Notes under the pieces: generated by a model
Database searches by the model: none
What the model saw: the letters and a program-made list of their open reading frames with translations, nothing else
What the model was told of the DNA's origin: nothing
Program-made: the position numbers and the translations under genes
In this document: piece after piece, positions 16,394 to 27,078 of the stretch
Layout: each line of letters starts with the position of its first letter
Position numbering within the stretch: the stretch's first letter is position 1
Virus record (IMG/VR): IMGVR_UViG_3300008450_000013
Coordinates: 22,811 to 86,810 of that record
DNA: 64,000 bases
Origin: a virus
Reading direction: 5' to 3' (one strand)

Positions 16394-19300
16394 ATGGCAA
16401 TGACACCGAGCCAACTATCAATTATAGTTCAATCTAAAGGTATCAAGGATGCAACTGATGACCTTAATAATTTAGCTAAAGCTGCGTCTTCTGTAGATAA
16501 GGAGACGAAGGCTTTTGTCATTGCTCAACAGAAGCTTTCTGAGTCTAACAGTAAAGTCTCTAAGAGTTCTGAGGCGACAGCAAGAGGTGTGTCAGCTCAA
16601 GAGCTTGCTTTAATTAGAGCACACAATGCTGCCAATAAGATGAACGATGCTATGACAGCAACGGCTGTTAAGCAAAAACTCATGGCTGATAATAAGTTAG
16701 CTGCAGAGTTAGAGCGTCAAGCAGTAGCTTCTGAGAGAGCTGCTAAGGCTGCAGAAGCACACGAACGAGGCATGGTTAAGCAACACATGCAAGCACTGAA
16801 AATGAACGAAGCTTTTGACAAGCATGCTAAAGGTTTGGATGAAGTTACAAGACGTGGCAATGTATATGTCAACACATTGCGCTCAATGGCTACAGCAGCT
16901 TTAGCTTATGTAGGTGTTAATTTCTTTGCTAATATTATCAAACAAGCAGATGCGTGGGGTTTGTTACAAGCTAAGTTAAAACTTGCTGTAGGTAGCATGG
17001 AGCTTGCTAAGAGTGTGCAGAACGACTTGTTTAATATGTCACAAAACCTCAGAGTTCCATTAGAAGACACTGCCAAACTCTTTACACGTATGTCAGTTCC
17101 TTTGCAACGAATGGGGCAGACTGTTGGAGATACTAAGAAAGTTGTAGAAGCCTTTAGTATGGCATTAAAGTTAGGTGGTGCTACAGGACAAGAAGCCTCT
17201 AGTGCTATGTTACAATTGTCTCAATCGTTCAATGCTGGACGTTTGAACGGTGGTGAATTTAACTCTGTAGCAGAAGCAGCTCCAAGCGTATTGAGAGCTA
17301 TTGAGGTTGAGTTGAAACGCGTTGGCAAAGGTGCGGATTTAGCTAAGTATGGATTGAAGGAACTTGCAGCTAAGGGCATTATTTCTGTCGAGATTATGGC
17401 AGAGGCACTTAAACGTGCAGCTCCAAAATGGGAAGAAGAGTTTAAGCAACTCCCACTCACTGTTGATGGCGCTATGACTCGCATCAAGAATGCTTGGCAA
17501 AGAGCTATAGGTGAGATGGGACAAGATACTAAGTTCAATGAGAGATTAGCTAAGTCTCTGAAAACTATTGAGGACATGCTACCTAGCGTGGCTAAAGCAA
17601 TTGCTGGTGCTTTTGTGTTCATGGTAGATAATGGTGAGATTTTATTAAAGACTTTAGCTGGTATTCTTGCTGTAGGAGCAGCATTTAAAGCTTGGGCTGT
17701 TGTCTCTGCAATGTACGCTGCAGGAACGGCTGCTATGGCTTTGTCTGGCGGTTTGGCTGCTGTACGTGCAGCATTACTGGTTATTGGTATTACTCCTGTT
17801 GGATTAGCCATCACAGCATTAGGAGCTATCTTAGCTGGAAGCATCACCCTTCTTGGTAAAAAGAAGCAAGCTTGGGAGAGTGTTAAAGAGGCTTCTGACA
17901 AAGTTAAAAGCAATGACGAACTTATTAAGTCGATGAAGCTGGAAACTTTAGCAATGATGGAGCAGGTTGACGTTGCTAGAAACAAAGCAAGTCTCCCACC
18001 TCTTTACACCAAAGAAATTGAATCCGCAAAGAAAGCGACAGGAGCTACAAGTGCTTACACAGAGGCTTTAAATACAGCAGCTAAGGTGGAGAAGGATATT
18101 CTAACTTGGAAAAAGAGTCAAAAAGGGGGAATTAGTTTAGAAGTTGGTAAAGGTGAATACTACCTACCGAAAGATTTGGTCAAAGCTCGTGAAGATGCAA
18201 AGAGGGCAGTAGAACAAGAGAAAGTAAAGAATGCGGAAGTTGCTGAACAAACTAGGCTCGGCGCTCAAATAAAAGAAGCTGCTAACAAAGAATCTATGAA
18301 CAAACTTGCAGAGCAATATGCTTTGGAAGCGAAGACAGGGAAACAAAGAGCTGAAGCTGTGAAAGCTGCTGCAATTGCAGAGCTGGATGTTCTAGTAAAG
18401 AATGGGTTGAGCAAGCAAGCGGCTTTCGATAGGATGATTAAAATAGAAAGAGATTACCAAGAGGCTCTCGATAAAATCAAGTCACCTAAAGCAGAAAAAG
18501 AAGCTAATAAAAATCTTGAAGACTACAATAAGCGATTAGATGAAATTATTAAGTCCACTGCTATCATAAATCAAGAGATGGCTAACATGAAAACTTTTGG
18601 AGATGCTTGGGAAAAGATGCTCCCAGAAGAAAAGAAGTTGATGGATGTTATTTCAAACTTTGATAAAGTATCTTCTGCAGTTGGAAAAGTCAGGGCGCAA
18701 GCTGAACTCGATGCTGCTATGAAGAAAGCTAACGCAGCGTTAGAAGCGAAATTCCTACAAGATGAGCTGGCAGGTAAACTTAAAGTAATTGATTCAGCAG
18801 AGAAGTCAGCAAAGTCTGCACAAGAAGAGTTAAAATCTGTCGAAGATCAAATAGCTGCTTTTGGTAAAGTTAAGGGAAGTATCCAAGAATCTGAGATGGC
18901 TCGTTTGAACGATCAATTGACAGTTGCTAAAGGTATTGTTGGGCAAGAAGCTCTTGTCAAAGCTCTTGAAGAAGAGATAAAAACAAGAGATAAAATAAAA
19001 GAGAAAACTGGAGAACTCGCGGGGTTAAAAGACGTGTCGAAGTTAGATACTGATGCCAAAAAAGCACTAGCAGATATGTGGGACACTTCAAAAGTTGACA
19101 AGTTTGAAAGTGCCACTTCAAAAGCATTGAAAGGAGCATTGAAAGGATTTGTTGACTTAATAAAAGTGATGGATAAATACAAGGCAGCACAATCCTATAT
19201 TGCGGATAGAACGAAAGATAATGAGAGGACTAACCGAAAAACTGCCGAAGGGGAATTAGAGTACCAAAAGAATAAAGCAGAGATTGCCAGAAAATCTGAT

Positions 19301-22036
19301 GAGTATCAAATAGCTGCTTATGCTTCAATGGCAACTGCTGCAAGAGATTTCTTCAAAGAAGGTACTAAGGGTTATCAAGCAATGGATGCTGTTTCTAAAG
19401 TGTACCACGCAGCTCAAATGGCTCGTAACCTCATGGAAATGACAATGCTTGCTACAAAGGGTGTGATGAATCAAGCAGGTGGAGATGTCTATACAGCAAT
19501 CCCCCGTATGGCAGCTATGGCAGCAATTATGGCTGGTCTTGGTTATGCTACAGGTATGTTTGGCAGTTCTGGTTCAGGTGGCATGAAAGCTGCAGACGTT
19601 CAAAAGACACAAGGAAGTGGAACAGTGTTTGGTGATGCTGAAGCGAAATCTGAAAGCATTTCTAAGACAATTGAATTACTGAAGAAATCTACTGATAGGC
19701 TCTATCCTGTTAACCAAGGAATGTTGAAGAGTTTACAGAGTATTGAATCTAATATGACAGGTTTAGCTAATCTTGTAATTCGATCTGGCGGTATTGCAGA
19801 AGGCAGTAATATGGGTATCAAAGAGAGCAAAACAGCGAGTACATTCGGCAGCGGTATGTTTAGTTTTGCTAACAGTCTTACAGGTGGGTTGTTTGCCTCA
19901 GCAATTGACCCTCTGGGGAAAGCAATACAGAAATTATGGGGCGGTACAGAGAAGAAGATAATTGATTCTGGTTTGCAATTTGGTGGTAGTTTATCTGGCA
20001 TGAAACAAGGACAAGGATTTAATCAATACGCATCTGTAGACACTACCACAAGTAAATACTTTGGATTGAGTAAAGAAACAAATAACGAGATTAAGAAGCA
20101 AAGTCTAGATAAAGCAGTAACAGACCAGTTAGCTTTAGTGTTCACAAACATGCAGAAAACTCTAGAAGAGGCGGGTAAAGCCTTGTACGGGTCTTCCACA
20201 TTTGTTACAGACGCTCTCAAAAACATGGTTGTTGAAGTAACTAACCTATCTTTGAAAGGACTATCTGGAGAAGAAGCAACTCAGGCGATCAACAATGTCA
20301 TCTCTAAAACTTTAGATCAAATGGCAGCTACAGCTTTCAAGAGCTTAGATAGTTTACAGAGTCTAGTTGGCGAGGGATACGCAGAAAAGGTAATACGCAT
20401 AGCCAACTCTTTTGCAACAGCTAATGCTATTCTTGGCAAGTTCAACTTCAAGTTGTTTGAAATGTCTGACGCTGGTATCAAAGCTTCAATGGCATTCACT
20501 GAGTTATTCGGTAGCTTAGAAAACTTACAGAGTGTCACATCAAGTTACTTTGAAAACTTCTACAGAGAAGAAGAACAAGTTAAGATTAAGACAGAAGCTG
20601 TTGCTAAAATCATGAAGAGTTTAGGTAAAGAAATGCCTGCAACTCGTGAAGGATTTAAACTGTTAGTAGATCAAGCTCAAGCTGCTGGAAATCTAGAACT
20701 TGTAGCTAATCTGATGAAAGTTTCTGGAGCCTTCGCAGAAGTTGTACAGTGGGCTGAAAAAGCTGCTGACTCTACAATGAATTATGTTGGTGAAGCTGCT
20801 AATCGTCCTAGCCTTGAGGATGACGTACTGCCAAGTCTGAAAGAAGCTTTAACTAAATCAGCAGAAGTTGCACAGAAGTGGTTAAGTGTCAGCAAGCAAG
20901 CTAGTGATATTCGTGCTCAGATTGGTAATGTGTTAGGAGGTAATGATAACATTAAGATGGAAGCTACGAGACGTGCTGAGAAGCTTTGGAAGATGATGTC
21001 TAGTGATATTACAGTTGAACAGAAGTTAAGTTTAGCTGCAGAATTAAAAGATAATATTATTTCTAAGTATCAAATTGAACGTGAGTCTATCACCAAAATG
21101 ATTGACTTCACAAAGCAATTGAGAACGTATGTAGATGGCTTGAAACTTGGCAGCTTGTCTCCTTTGACAATGACTCAAAAGCTTGCAGAAGCTCGTAGAC
21201 AATATGAAACAACATTGACAAAAGCTCAGGCAGGTGATACAATAGCTCAAGGTGCGTTGACAGGAAGTGCTAACACATACTTAGAACTTGCCAAGACAGC
21301 ATACGCTTCAAGTGATGGCTACCAAGCAATCTTCAACAACATCACATCGTCTCTAGATGCAATGAACATTGACACTCGTTCTGCTGAAGAGAAGCTATTA
21401 GTTGTTAGTGAAGCTCAACGAAACGAGTTGATGAAGCTTGTCACAGAACTCAACACAATTGAGTCTGTTGCGGATAGCTACTACAAGTCTACAGTAGTTA
21501 CAATGAGTAGTCAACTGACGGTTCTTAACAATCTCTACACTCGTATGGGCATCTTTGACGGTATTGCTGTAGATGTGGCAGGACTTCCTGCTGAATTAGC
21601 AGCAGCTCTTGCAGGCACATTTGGACGTTCATCTGGCGAAGATTTTGTCAAAGCAATGTACAGTAAGTTTGCTAACAAAACTGGCACTCAAGTTGATGCA
21701 CAAGGACTTGCATATTGGACTCGTGAGTTTGAATTGTATGGTAGAGATTATGTTCTCAAAGCTTTCCAAGACAGCGTAGAGAAAGTTAATGCTAAAGCAG
21801 CTTCAATGGCTCCACCTCCTGCAGCATCGACTGCAGCTTCTAACGAGTACAAGTTACAAGTAGAAGATTTGAGAAAAGAGATTGCAGCAATGCGTGAAGA
21901 TGCACAAGTACAAACAGTGGCTCTAATGAATACTTTGATTGAAACCAGCAAGTCTAATGCTGCGACAATTGTCGAAGGTACTCAGGAAGGCTTAGATAAA
22001 AATAACCCAAATTGGAATAAGGTGACAATGGAATGA
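16394..22036 (+). CDS. tape measure protein
   Basis: 1880-aa helical protein; QLSQSFNAGRLNGGEFNSVAE tape-measure motif. Confidence 0.93.
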   Translation: MAMTPSQLSIIVQSKGIKDATDDLNNLAKAASSVDKETKAFVIAQQKLSESNSKVSKSSEATARGVSAQELALIRAHNAANKMNDAMTATAVKQKLMADNKLAAELERQAVASERAAKAAEAHERGMVKQHMQALKMNEAFDKHAKGLDEVTRRGNVYVNTLRSMATAALAYVGVNFFANIIKQADAWGLLQAKLKLAVGSMELAKSVQNDLFNMSQNLRVPLEDTAKLFTRMSVPLQRMGQTVGDTKKVVEAFSMALKLGGATGQEASSAMLQLSQSFNAGRLNGGEFNSVAEAAPSVLRAIEVELKRVGKGADLAKYGLKELAAKGIISVEIMAEALKRAAPKWEEEFKQLPLTVDGAMTRIKNAWQRAIGEMGQDTKFNERLAKSLKTIEDMLPSVAKAIAGAFVFMVDNGEILLKTLAGILAVGAAFKAWAVVSAMYAAGTAAMALSGGLAAVRAALLVIGITPVGLAITALGAILAGSITLLGKKKQAWESVKEASDKVKSNDELIKSMKLETLAMMEQVDVARNKASLPPLYTKEIESAKKATGATSAYTEALNTAAKVEKDILTWKKSQKGGISLEVGKGEYYLPKDLVKAREDAKRAVEQEKVKNAEVAEQTRLGAQIKEAANKESMNKLAEQYALEAKTGKQRAEAVKAAAIAELDVLVKNGLSKQAAFDRMIKIERDYQEALDKIKSPKAEKEANKNLEDYNKRLDEIIKSTAIINQEMANMKTFGDAWEKMLPEEKKLMDVISNFDKVSSAVGKVRAQAELDAAMKKANAALEAKFLQDELAGKLKVIDSAEKSAKSAQEELKSVEDQIAAFGKVKGSIQESEMARLNDQLTVAKGIVGQEALVKALEEEIKTRDKIKEKTGELAGLKDVSKLDTDAKKALADMWDTSKVDKFESATSKALKGALKGFVDLIKVMDKYKAAQSYIADRTKDNERTNRKTAEGELEYQKNKAEIARKSDEYQIAAYASMATAARDFFKEGTKGYQAMDAVSKVYHAAQMARNLMEMTMLATKGVMNQAGGDVYTAIPRMAAMAAIMAGLGYATGMFGSSGSGGMKAADVQKTQGSGTVFGDAEAKSESISKTIELLKKSTDRLYPVNQGMLKSLQSIESNMTGLANLVIRSGGIAEGSNMGIKESKTASTFGSGMFSFANSLTGGLFASAIDPLGKAIQKLWGGTEKKIIDSGLQFGGSLSGMKQGQGFNQYASVDTTTSKYFGLSKETNNEIKKQSLDKAVTDQLALVFTNMQKTLEEAGKALYGSSTFVTDALKNMVVEVTNLSLKGLSGEEATQAINNVISKTLDQMAATAFKSLDSLQSLVGEGYAEKVIRIANSFATANAILGKFNFKLFEMSDAGIKASMAFTELFGSLENLQSVTSSYFENFYREEEQVKIKTEAVAKIMKSLGKEMPATREGFKLLVDQAQAAGNLELVANLMKVSGAFAEVVQWAEKAADSTMNYVGEAANRPSLEDDVLPSLKEALTKSAEVAQKWLSVSKQASDIRAQIGNVLGGNDNIKMEATRRAEKLWKMMSSDITVEQKLSLAAELKDNIISKYQIERESITKMIDFTKQLRTYVDGLKLGSLSPLTMTQKLAEARRQYETTLTKAQAGDTIAQGALTGSANTYLELAKTAYASSDGYQAIFNNITSSLDAMNIDTRSAEEKLLVVSEAQRNELMKLVTELNTIESVADSYYKSTVVTMSSQLTVLNNLYTRMGIFDGIAVDVAGLPAELAAALAGTFGRSSGEDFVKAMYSKFANKTGTQVDAQGLAYWTREFELYGRDYVLKAFQDSVEKVNAKAASMAPPPAASTAASNEYKLQVEDLRKEIAAMREDAQVQTVALMNTLIETSKSNAATIVEGTQEGLDKNNPNWNKVTME

Positions 22037-23508
22037 TTTCAGACGCAGAATATACAACATGGCTATCAACACCCTCAGCGATGAGGTGTATTCTGGTTGA
22101 AGCAACAGCTAACGTCAGTGGCGTAGAAACTGTCAGATATATGTCTAACAGGGGCTACGTCACTAGTCCAACTGACAGTCCTGCTAACACTTCTTATCGG
22201 AGTATTATTACAGGGGGTGTTAAGCTCTCTGAGAGTTTATCTCTCAGCTCAGAGCCAACTATTTCTGTAGGTGATGTCACAATCACCAATGCTAATGGAG
22301 AGCTGGATAGTTGGCTTAACGATGTGTGGGATAGCAGAGGTATTTCAATCTACTTCGGTGATATGAAGTGGGCTAGAAGCGATTTCAGACTGATCGTAAA
22401 AGGCATGATATCAGGGATAGGGAGTCAGAGTAGAAATGAACTCACTCTCTTTATCCGTGATAGCTTACAACGTCTGAACACTCCTGTGACGGATACTAAA
22501 CTTGGTGGAAGTACAGTCAATAAAGACAAGCTTCTTCCTTTAGTGTTTGGCGAAGTGCATAATGTCACACCACTCCTGATTGATGCTACATTACACGACT
22601 ACAAAGTTCACAATGGGGCTATCGAAGGATTTATTGAGTTCAGAGATGAAGGAGTGCCTATCTCAGCTACTCCTACTCTTGGCACAGGTGTAGGACGCCT
22701 CACAGCAAGTCCGTTTGGTAATATTACGGCTTCTGTGCAAGGCAGTAAGCCTTCTACCTACTCAAATCAGATTACGGAAATAATTAAGAATCTAGTAAAG
22801 AATTGGGGACAGGTTGATAAGCGTCTCTTAGATGCTGATATTGACACAGCAAATTTTGCAGCATTTGCAGCAGCTAACACAGCTCCTGTGGGAATCTATC
22901 TAGACAGCAAAGCTAATGTGCTGGAAGTGTGTCAGCAATTGGCTAACAGTGTTGGTGCGCAGATTACAATGTCTCGCACAGGATTGTTACGCTTGCTGAG
23001 AATTGATTTTCCTCCAAGTGGAACTCCTAAGCTTATCACAGCTTCTGATATGGTTGAGAGAAGTTTAAAGATTGCAAGTAGAGAGCCTGTTCAGTCTGCT
23101 GTGCAGATTGGTTATTGCAAGAACTACACAATACAAGATAACTTAGCAACTATCATTCCAGACGATCATAAAGCATTATACAGCAGAGAATGGTTGACAG
23201 CTAAAGCTAGTGATAGCACAGTGAATACGAAGTACAAGCTTCAAACAGAACCAACACAGAAGGACACATTGTTACAGGTAGCTTCAGACGCTACAGCAGA
23301 GGCTACAAGGCTTTTAAATGTCGTCAAGGTGCAAAGAACAGTGTATGAGTTTACAGGCTTTGCAAAGAGCTTAGAACTCGTCTTAGGACAAGCTGTTACA
23401 TTGAAGCATAGTCGATTTGGTTTGAGTGCTGGTGTGTTAGGTGTTGTTGTAGGATTAGAGCCTCAGTGGGGGAATGAAGTAAGGGTTAATGTAAAGGTTA
23501 TGATTTAA
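22033..23508 (+). CDS. tail tip / baseplate hub protein
   Basis: Follows the tape measure gene; LPLVFGEVHNVTP motif. Confidence 0.7.
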   Translation: MISDAEYTTWLSTPSAMRCILVEATANVSGVETVRYMSNRGYVTSPTDSPANTSYRSIITGGVKLSESLSLSSEPTISVGDVTITNANGELDSWLNDVWDSRGISIYFGDMKWARSDFRLIVKGMISGIGSQSRNELTLFIRDSLQRLNTPVTDTKLGGSTVNKDKLLPLVFGEVHNVTPLLIDATLHDYKVHNGAIEGFIEFRDEGVPISATPTLGTGVGRLTASPFGNITASVQGSKPSTYSNQITEIIKNLVKNWGQVDKRLLDADIDTANFAAFAAANTAPVGIYLDSKANVLEVCQQLANSVGAQITMSRTGLLRLLRIDFPPSGTPKLITASDMVERSLKIASREPVQSAVQIGYCKNYTIQDNLATIIPDDHKALYSREWLTAKASDSTVNTKYKLQTEPTQKDTLLQVASDATAEATRLLNVVKVQRTVYEFTGFAKSLELVLGQAVTLKHSRFGLSAGVLGVVVGLEPQWGNEVRVNVKVMI

Positions 23509-26186
23509 TGGCAACAATTGTAAATGCGAGAGATGTACTTCTTCAAGCTGCAACACGGCTCATCTCTGACAACATTTTGTCAATTGAAGAAAAACCAAGT
23601 TGGATTACAGCGTATGCCAACATCCTGTCAGAACAAACTTCTGTAGGAGCTGAAGCTACTAAGTGGGGCTTGACAGCACAAAAGACAACTTACGACACAG
23701 CTATCTCAGCACTTACAACTTACCTTGGGACTCTAACAACTCCTGTTGCGTGGAACAACTTGACAAACATCACTGTACTATCCTCTGGTAGTAATGGTGG
23801 CGTTACATTCAGAAGTAAGTTTACTGATGTGTCTACAGCCAAAGCTGCTATTTACGCTGGTGTAACTGCTGTTCCAACGACTAAGAGTATTGTTGTTACA
23901 GCTTCATCTCAGCTATTCCAAATCAGCAAAGCAGGCGTTAATAGTCCTGCAAGTGTGACATTCACAGCACAACGCGAGAATCTCCCAATCAATCCTACTT
24001 GGTCTATCACAAGTGGGACAGGAACTCTCACAAGTGTCTCAGGCGATAGTGCAACTATTACGTTTGCAAACATGACCTCTGACACAGTGACAGTTAGAGC
24101 ATTGGACAGTGCGAGTGGTTTGTCTGATAGTATCACAGTTGTTAAGGTAAGAGAAGGTGTAGATGCTGTTGTAGGTTATCTCACAAATGAAGCACACACT
24201 CTTCCTGCCTCTGACACTGGTGTTGTATCAAGTTATGTAGGAGCTGGTGGAACATTTAAAGTTTACTACGGAGCTGCAGATGTTACAACGTCATGTACAT
24301 TCTCTGTACAAACAAACTCCAGTTCTGTCACAACATCTATTGGAGCATCTACAGGTGTGTATGCTATTACGGCAGGTATTCCGAATGGTACTCCTGTTGT
24401 CACAGTTACTTACAGAGCAACATATACAAGCCCTTTAGGTAATGCATACACAATAGATAAAACTTTCACAGTTGCTAAATCTAATGCCGGAACAAATGGT
24501 ACTAATGGAACGAATGGCACAGATGCATTGTTAATGTCAATGACTGTTAGTAGTCAAGTGTTTCAGATCAGTAAGAGTAATGTTGTAACACCGAGTAGTA
24601 TTATGTTTACAGCTAAACCTAATAATGTTGCAGGAGCAAACTACACTGTCACAAGTGGTACAGCGACTCTTACTTCAGTCTCAGGTAATAATGCTACTCT
24701 GACATATGCCAACCTTACTACAGACACTGCCACAATTCGTGTTGCTGATAATACAAATACATACGCAGACACAATTACTGTAATTAAAGTGAGAGAAGGT
24801 GTTGACAGTTTGTCTGGTATTCTGACAAATGATAGCGTAACAGTTCCTGCGAGTTCTGCGGGGGTTGTGTCAAGTTATTCCAGTGCCACAGGCAGTTTCA
24901 TTGTCTACTATGGCAGTGCTAACGTCACAACATCGTGTACGTTCTCTGTACAATCTAACCCTGACAGCTTGACAACAAGTATTGTTGGGAGTGGGGCTAG
25001 TGCAGGACAGTATAATGTCACAAGTGGCATGAGTAGTGTGACTAATGCTAATGTTACATACAGAGCTACATACACAAATGCTTTTGGTACTGTGTTTACA
25101 GTGGATAAGATATTCTCTTTGTCTAAAAGTAATACAGGGGCTACAGGCAATACAGGAGTTACAGGTGCTCAAGCTCGTATTGCTTATGGCAAATTCAGTA
25201 TAGGATTTGTTCCTTCTGCAAGTCCAAGCAGTCAAACAGTAGTAGGAGATACACTTCCGACAGCAGGGTATTGGGGTACTCAGATTGGTGCTTGGCAAAC
25301 AACACCATTTACTTTAGCTACAAATGAAATGCTATTCCAGACAACCGGATTGTTTGATACAGTATTAAATCAAACAGTTTGGGTAGAACCTTACCAAAGT
25401 AATTTGAAAGTTGGTAATTTGTCAGCTCTCACAGTAAACACAGGGACACTTACAGTAGATACAGCAGGGCATATTAAAGGTGGTCAGACAGCTTACAATA
25501 CGGGTACAGGTTTTTGGCTTGGGTATGACAGTGGAGCTTACAAGTTCTCCCTTGGTAGTTCTACTAACAACATAAAGTGGACTGGTACAGGTTTGTCTAT
25601 TTCTGGGGATATTGACGCTTCTGGTGGAGCTAAATTTGTTTTAACTGCCTCCAATTATGTTCAACTTGTAAGTGGCGCAGGTAGTCCAATACTCGGCATT
25701 TATAAAGGAACCAATAACGCATTTCCAGCTATGCGCGTTTCCGACTCCGCAGCCACCTCTGAAAGTTCGTTAGATATTGCATCTAATACAACAGGAAGTG
25801 GTGCGGCTATTCGTGCAACAATGACAGGGACAGGTTATTGTGGGTTGTTCTCTGGCAGTAAGTTTGGCATTGGCGCATCTACTCCAATAGAATTAAGCGG
25901 CAGCGTAGGGACTTCAGGACAAGTATTAACAAGTGGTGGAAGTGGAGCTACACCGACATGGGGTAAGAAGATGTTCAGTGGTGCTAGTGCTGCAGATGGC
26001 TCTGGTAATCTTACTGTCACTGTTAGTTTTCCTGACACAAGCTATGCACCTGTTGCTACATCTACAAGTGGTGTCTATGTTGTTGTTACAGCTAAGTCAA
26101 CAACGTCTATTACGTTCCAAGCACAAGATAGAGCTACAGGGGCTGGTGTTGCAAGTGCAGGCATTAGCTGGATTGCAATGGGCTGA
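23508..26186 (+). CDS. tail fibre / tail tip protein with tandem duplicated beta domains
   Basis: T/S/G-rich; two similar ~205-aa units separated by a GTN triplet linker. Confidence 0.75.
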   Translation: MATIVNARDVLLQAATRLISDNILSIEEKPSWITAYANILSEQTSVGAEATKWGLTAQKTTYDTAISALTTYLGTLTTPVAWNNLTNITVLSSGSNGGVTFRSKFTDVSTAKAAIYAGVTAVPTTKSIVVTASSQLFQISKAGVNSPASVTFTAQRENLPINPTWSITSGTGTLTSVSGDSATITFANMTSDTVTVRALDSASGLSDSITVVKVREGVDAVVGYLTNEAHTLPASDTGVVSSYVGAGGTFKVYYGAADVTTSCTFSVQTNSSSVTTSIGASTGVYAITAGIPNGTPVVTVTYRATYTSPLGNAYTIDKTFTVAKSNAGTNGTNGTNGTDALLMSMTVSSQVFQISKSNVVTPSSIMFTAKPNNVAGANYTVTSGTATLTSVSGNNATLTYANLTTDTATIRVADNTNTYADTITVIKVREGVDSLSGILTNDSVTVPASSAGVVSSYSSATGSFIVYYGSANVTTSCTFSVQSNPDSLTTSIVGSGASAGQYNVTSGMSSVTNANVTYRATYTNAFGTVFTVDKIFSLSKSNTGATGNTGVTGAQARIAYGKFSIGFVPSASPSSQTVVGDTLPTAGYWGTQIGAWQTTPFTLATNEMLFQTTGLFDTVLNQTVWVEPYQSNLKVGNLSALTVNTGTLTVDTAGHIKGGQTAYNTGTGFWLGYDSGAYKFSLGSSTNNIKWTGTGLSISGDIDASGGAKFVLTASNYVQLVSGAGSPILGIYKGTNNAFPAMRVSDSAATSESSLDIASNTTGSGAAIRATMTGTGYCGLFSGSKFGIGASTPIELSGSVGTSGQVLTSGGSGATPTWGKKMFSGASAADGSGNLTVTVSFPDTSYAPVATSTSGVYVVVTAKSTTSITFQAQDRATGAGVASAGISWIAMG

Positions 26187-26192
26187 TATCCA

Positions 26193-26221
26193 TTGACATT
26201 TCCCTATAAACATGATATAAT
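26193..26221 (+). promoter_or_regulatory. promoter
   Basis: TTGACA-17-TATAAT. Confidence 0.85.
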
Positions 26222-26244
26222 CATACGAAAATAAAAGGAGTATT

Positions 26245-27078
26245 ATGAGCAATAAGTTACGTGTAGTATATAATAATGCTGCTAACAGAGGTACAGTAAC
26301 AGCCTCTAGCACAGCAGGAACTTTAGTTGCAAGTAACTTGTTGACTGACAGTAAAGCTGATACATGGAGAGCAACTGGAACATCTGCAACAATTACAATT
26401 GTATTCACTACAGCAGAAATTGTCAATACAATTGTCACTCCATTTGCTAACTACACCTCTGGAGTTACATTCAGGGTCAAGTATTACACAAATGCAGCAG
26501 ATGCATCCCCTGTATATGATAGTACAGCCATTGCAGCTTGTGCTCCTGTCCCATTAGGTGTGTGGGATTGGGGTAGTGTTCCTCTCGGTGTAAATGCTTA
26601 TAGCTATGGTGGTGCGTCTTATGGAAGACTGTTTACACCAACACACACTGTTAAGAAGATAGAACTCATAATCACTGACACTGGCAATCCAAGTGGGTAT
26701 ATTGAAGCTTCTAGGTTGGTTGTTGGCTCCTATTGGGAACCTAACAATGATGCGGAATTATCCCCACAATGGGTTCCTATAGAAACTTCGACACATACCA
26801 GAAATGATGCTAGTGATCTAGTGACAGACATTGGGACTCTTAATAAGAAGTTACAAATCACTCTCCCTGTCATGGATGCTTCAGACAGGAATGCAATGAT
26901 GAATGTTCTTCGTGGCAATGGAATGTCAAGACCAATCTTCTTGAGTCTATTTCCAGACGACGGTGATAGTACAAAAGAGCAGCACTTTCAAGTGTATGGT
27001 AAGTTATCTCAACAAGCTGGCATCACGCTCCCTAACTGGAATTTATACAACACAACAATAGAAATAGAGGAAGCCTAA
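26245..27078 (+). CDS. tail protein (distal-tail-like, carbohydrate-binding-like N-terminus)
   Basis: NLLTD...TWRA and GYIEASRLVVGSYWEP motifs; tail module. Confidence 0.65.
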   Translation: MSNKLRVVYNNAANRGTVTASSTAGTLVASNLLTDSKADTWRATGTSATITIVFTTAEIVNTIVTPFANYTSGVTFRVKYYTNAADASPVYDSTAIAACAPVPLGVWDWGSVPLGVNAYSYGGASYGRLFTPTHTVKKIELIITDTGNPSGYIEASRLVVGSYWEPNNDAELSPQWVPIETSTHTRNDASDLVTDIGTLNKKLQITLPVMDASDRNAMMNVLRGNGMSRPIFLSLFPDDGDSTKEQHFQVYGKLSQQAGITLPNWNLYNTTIEIEEA

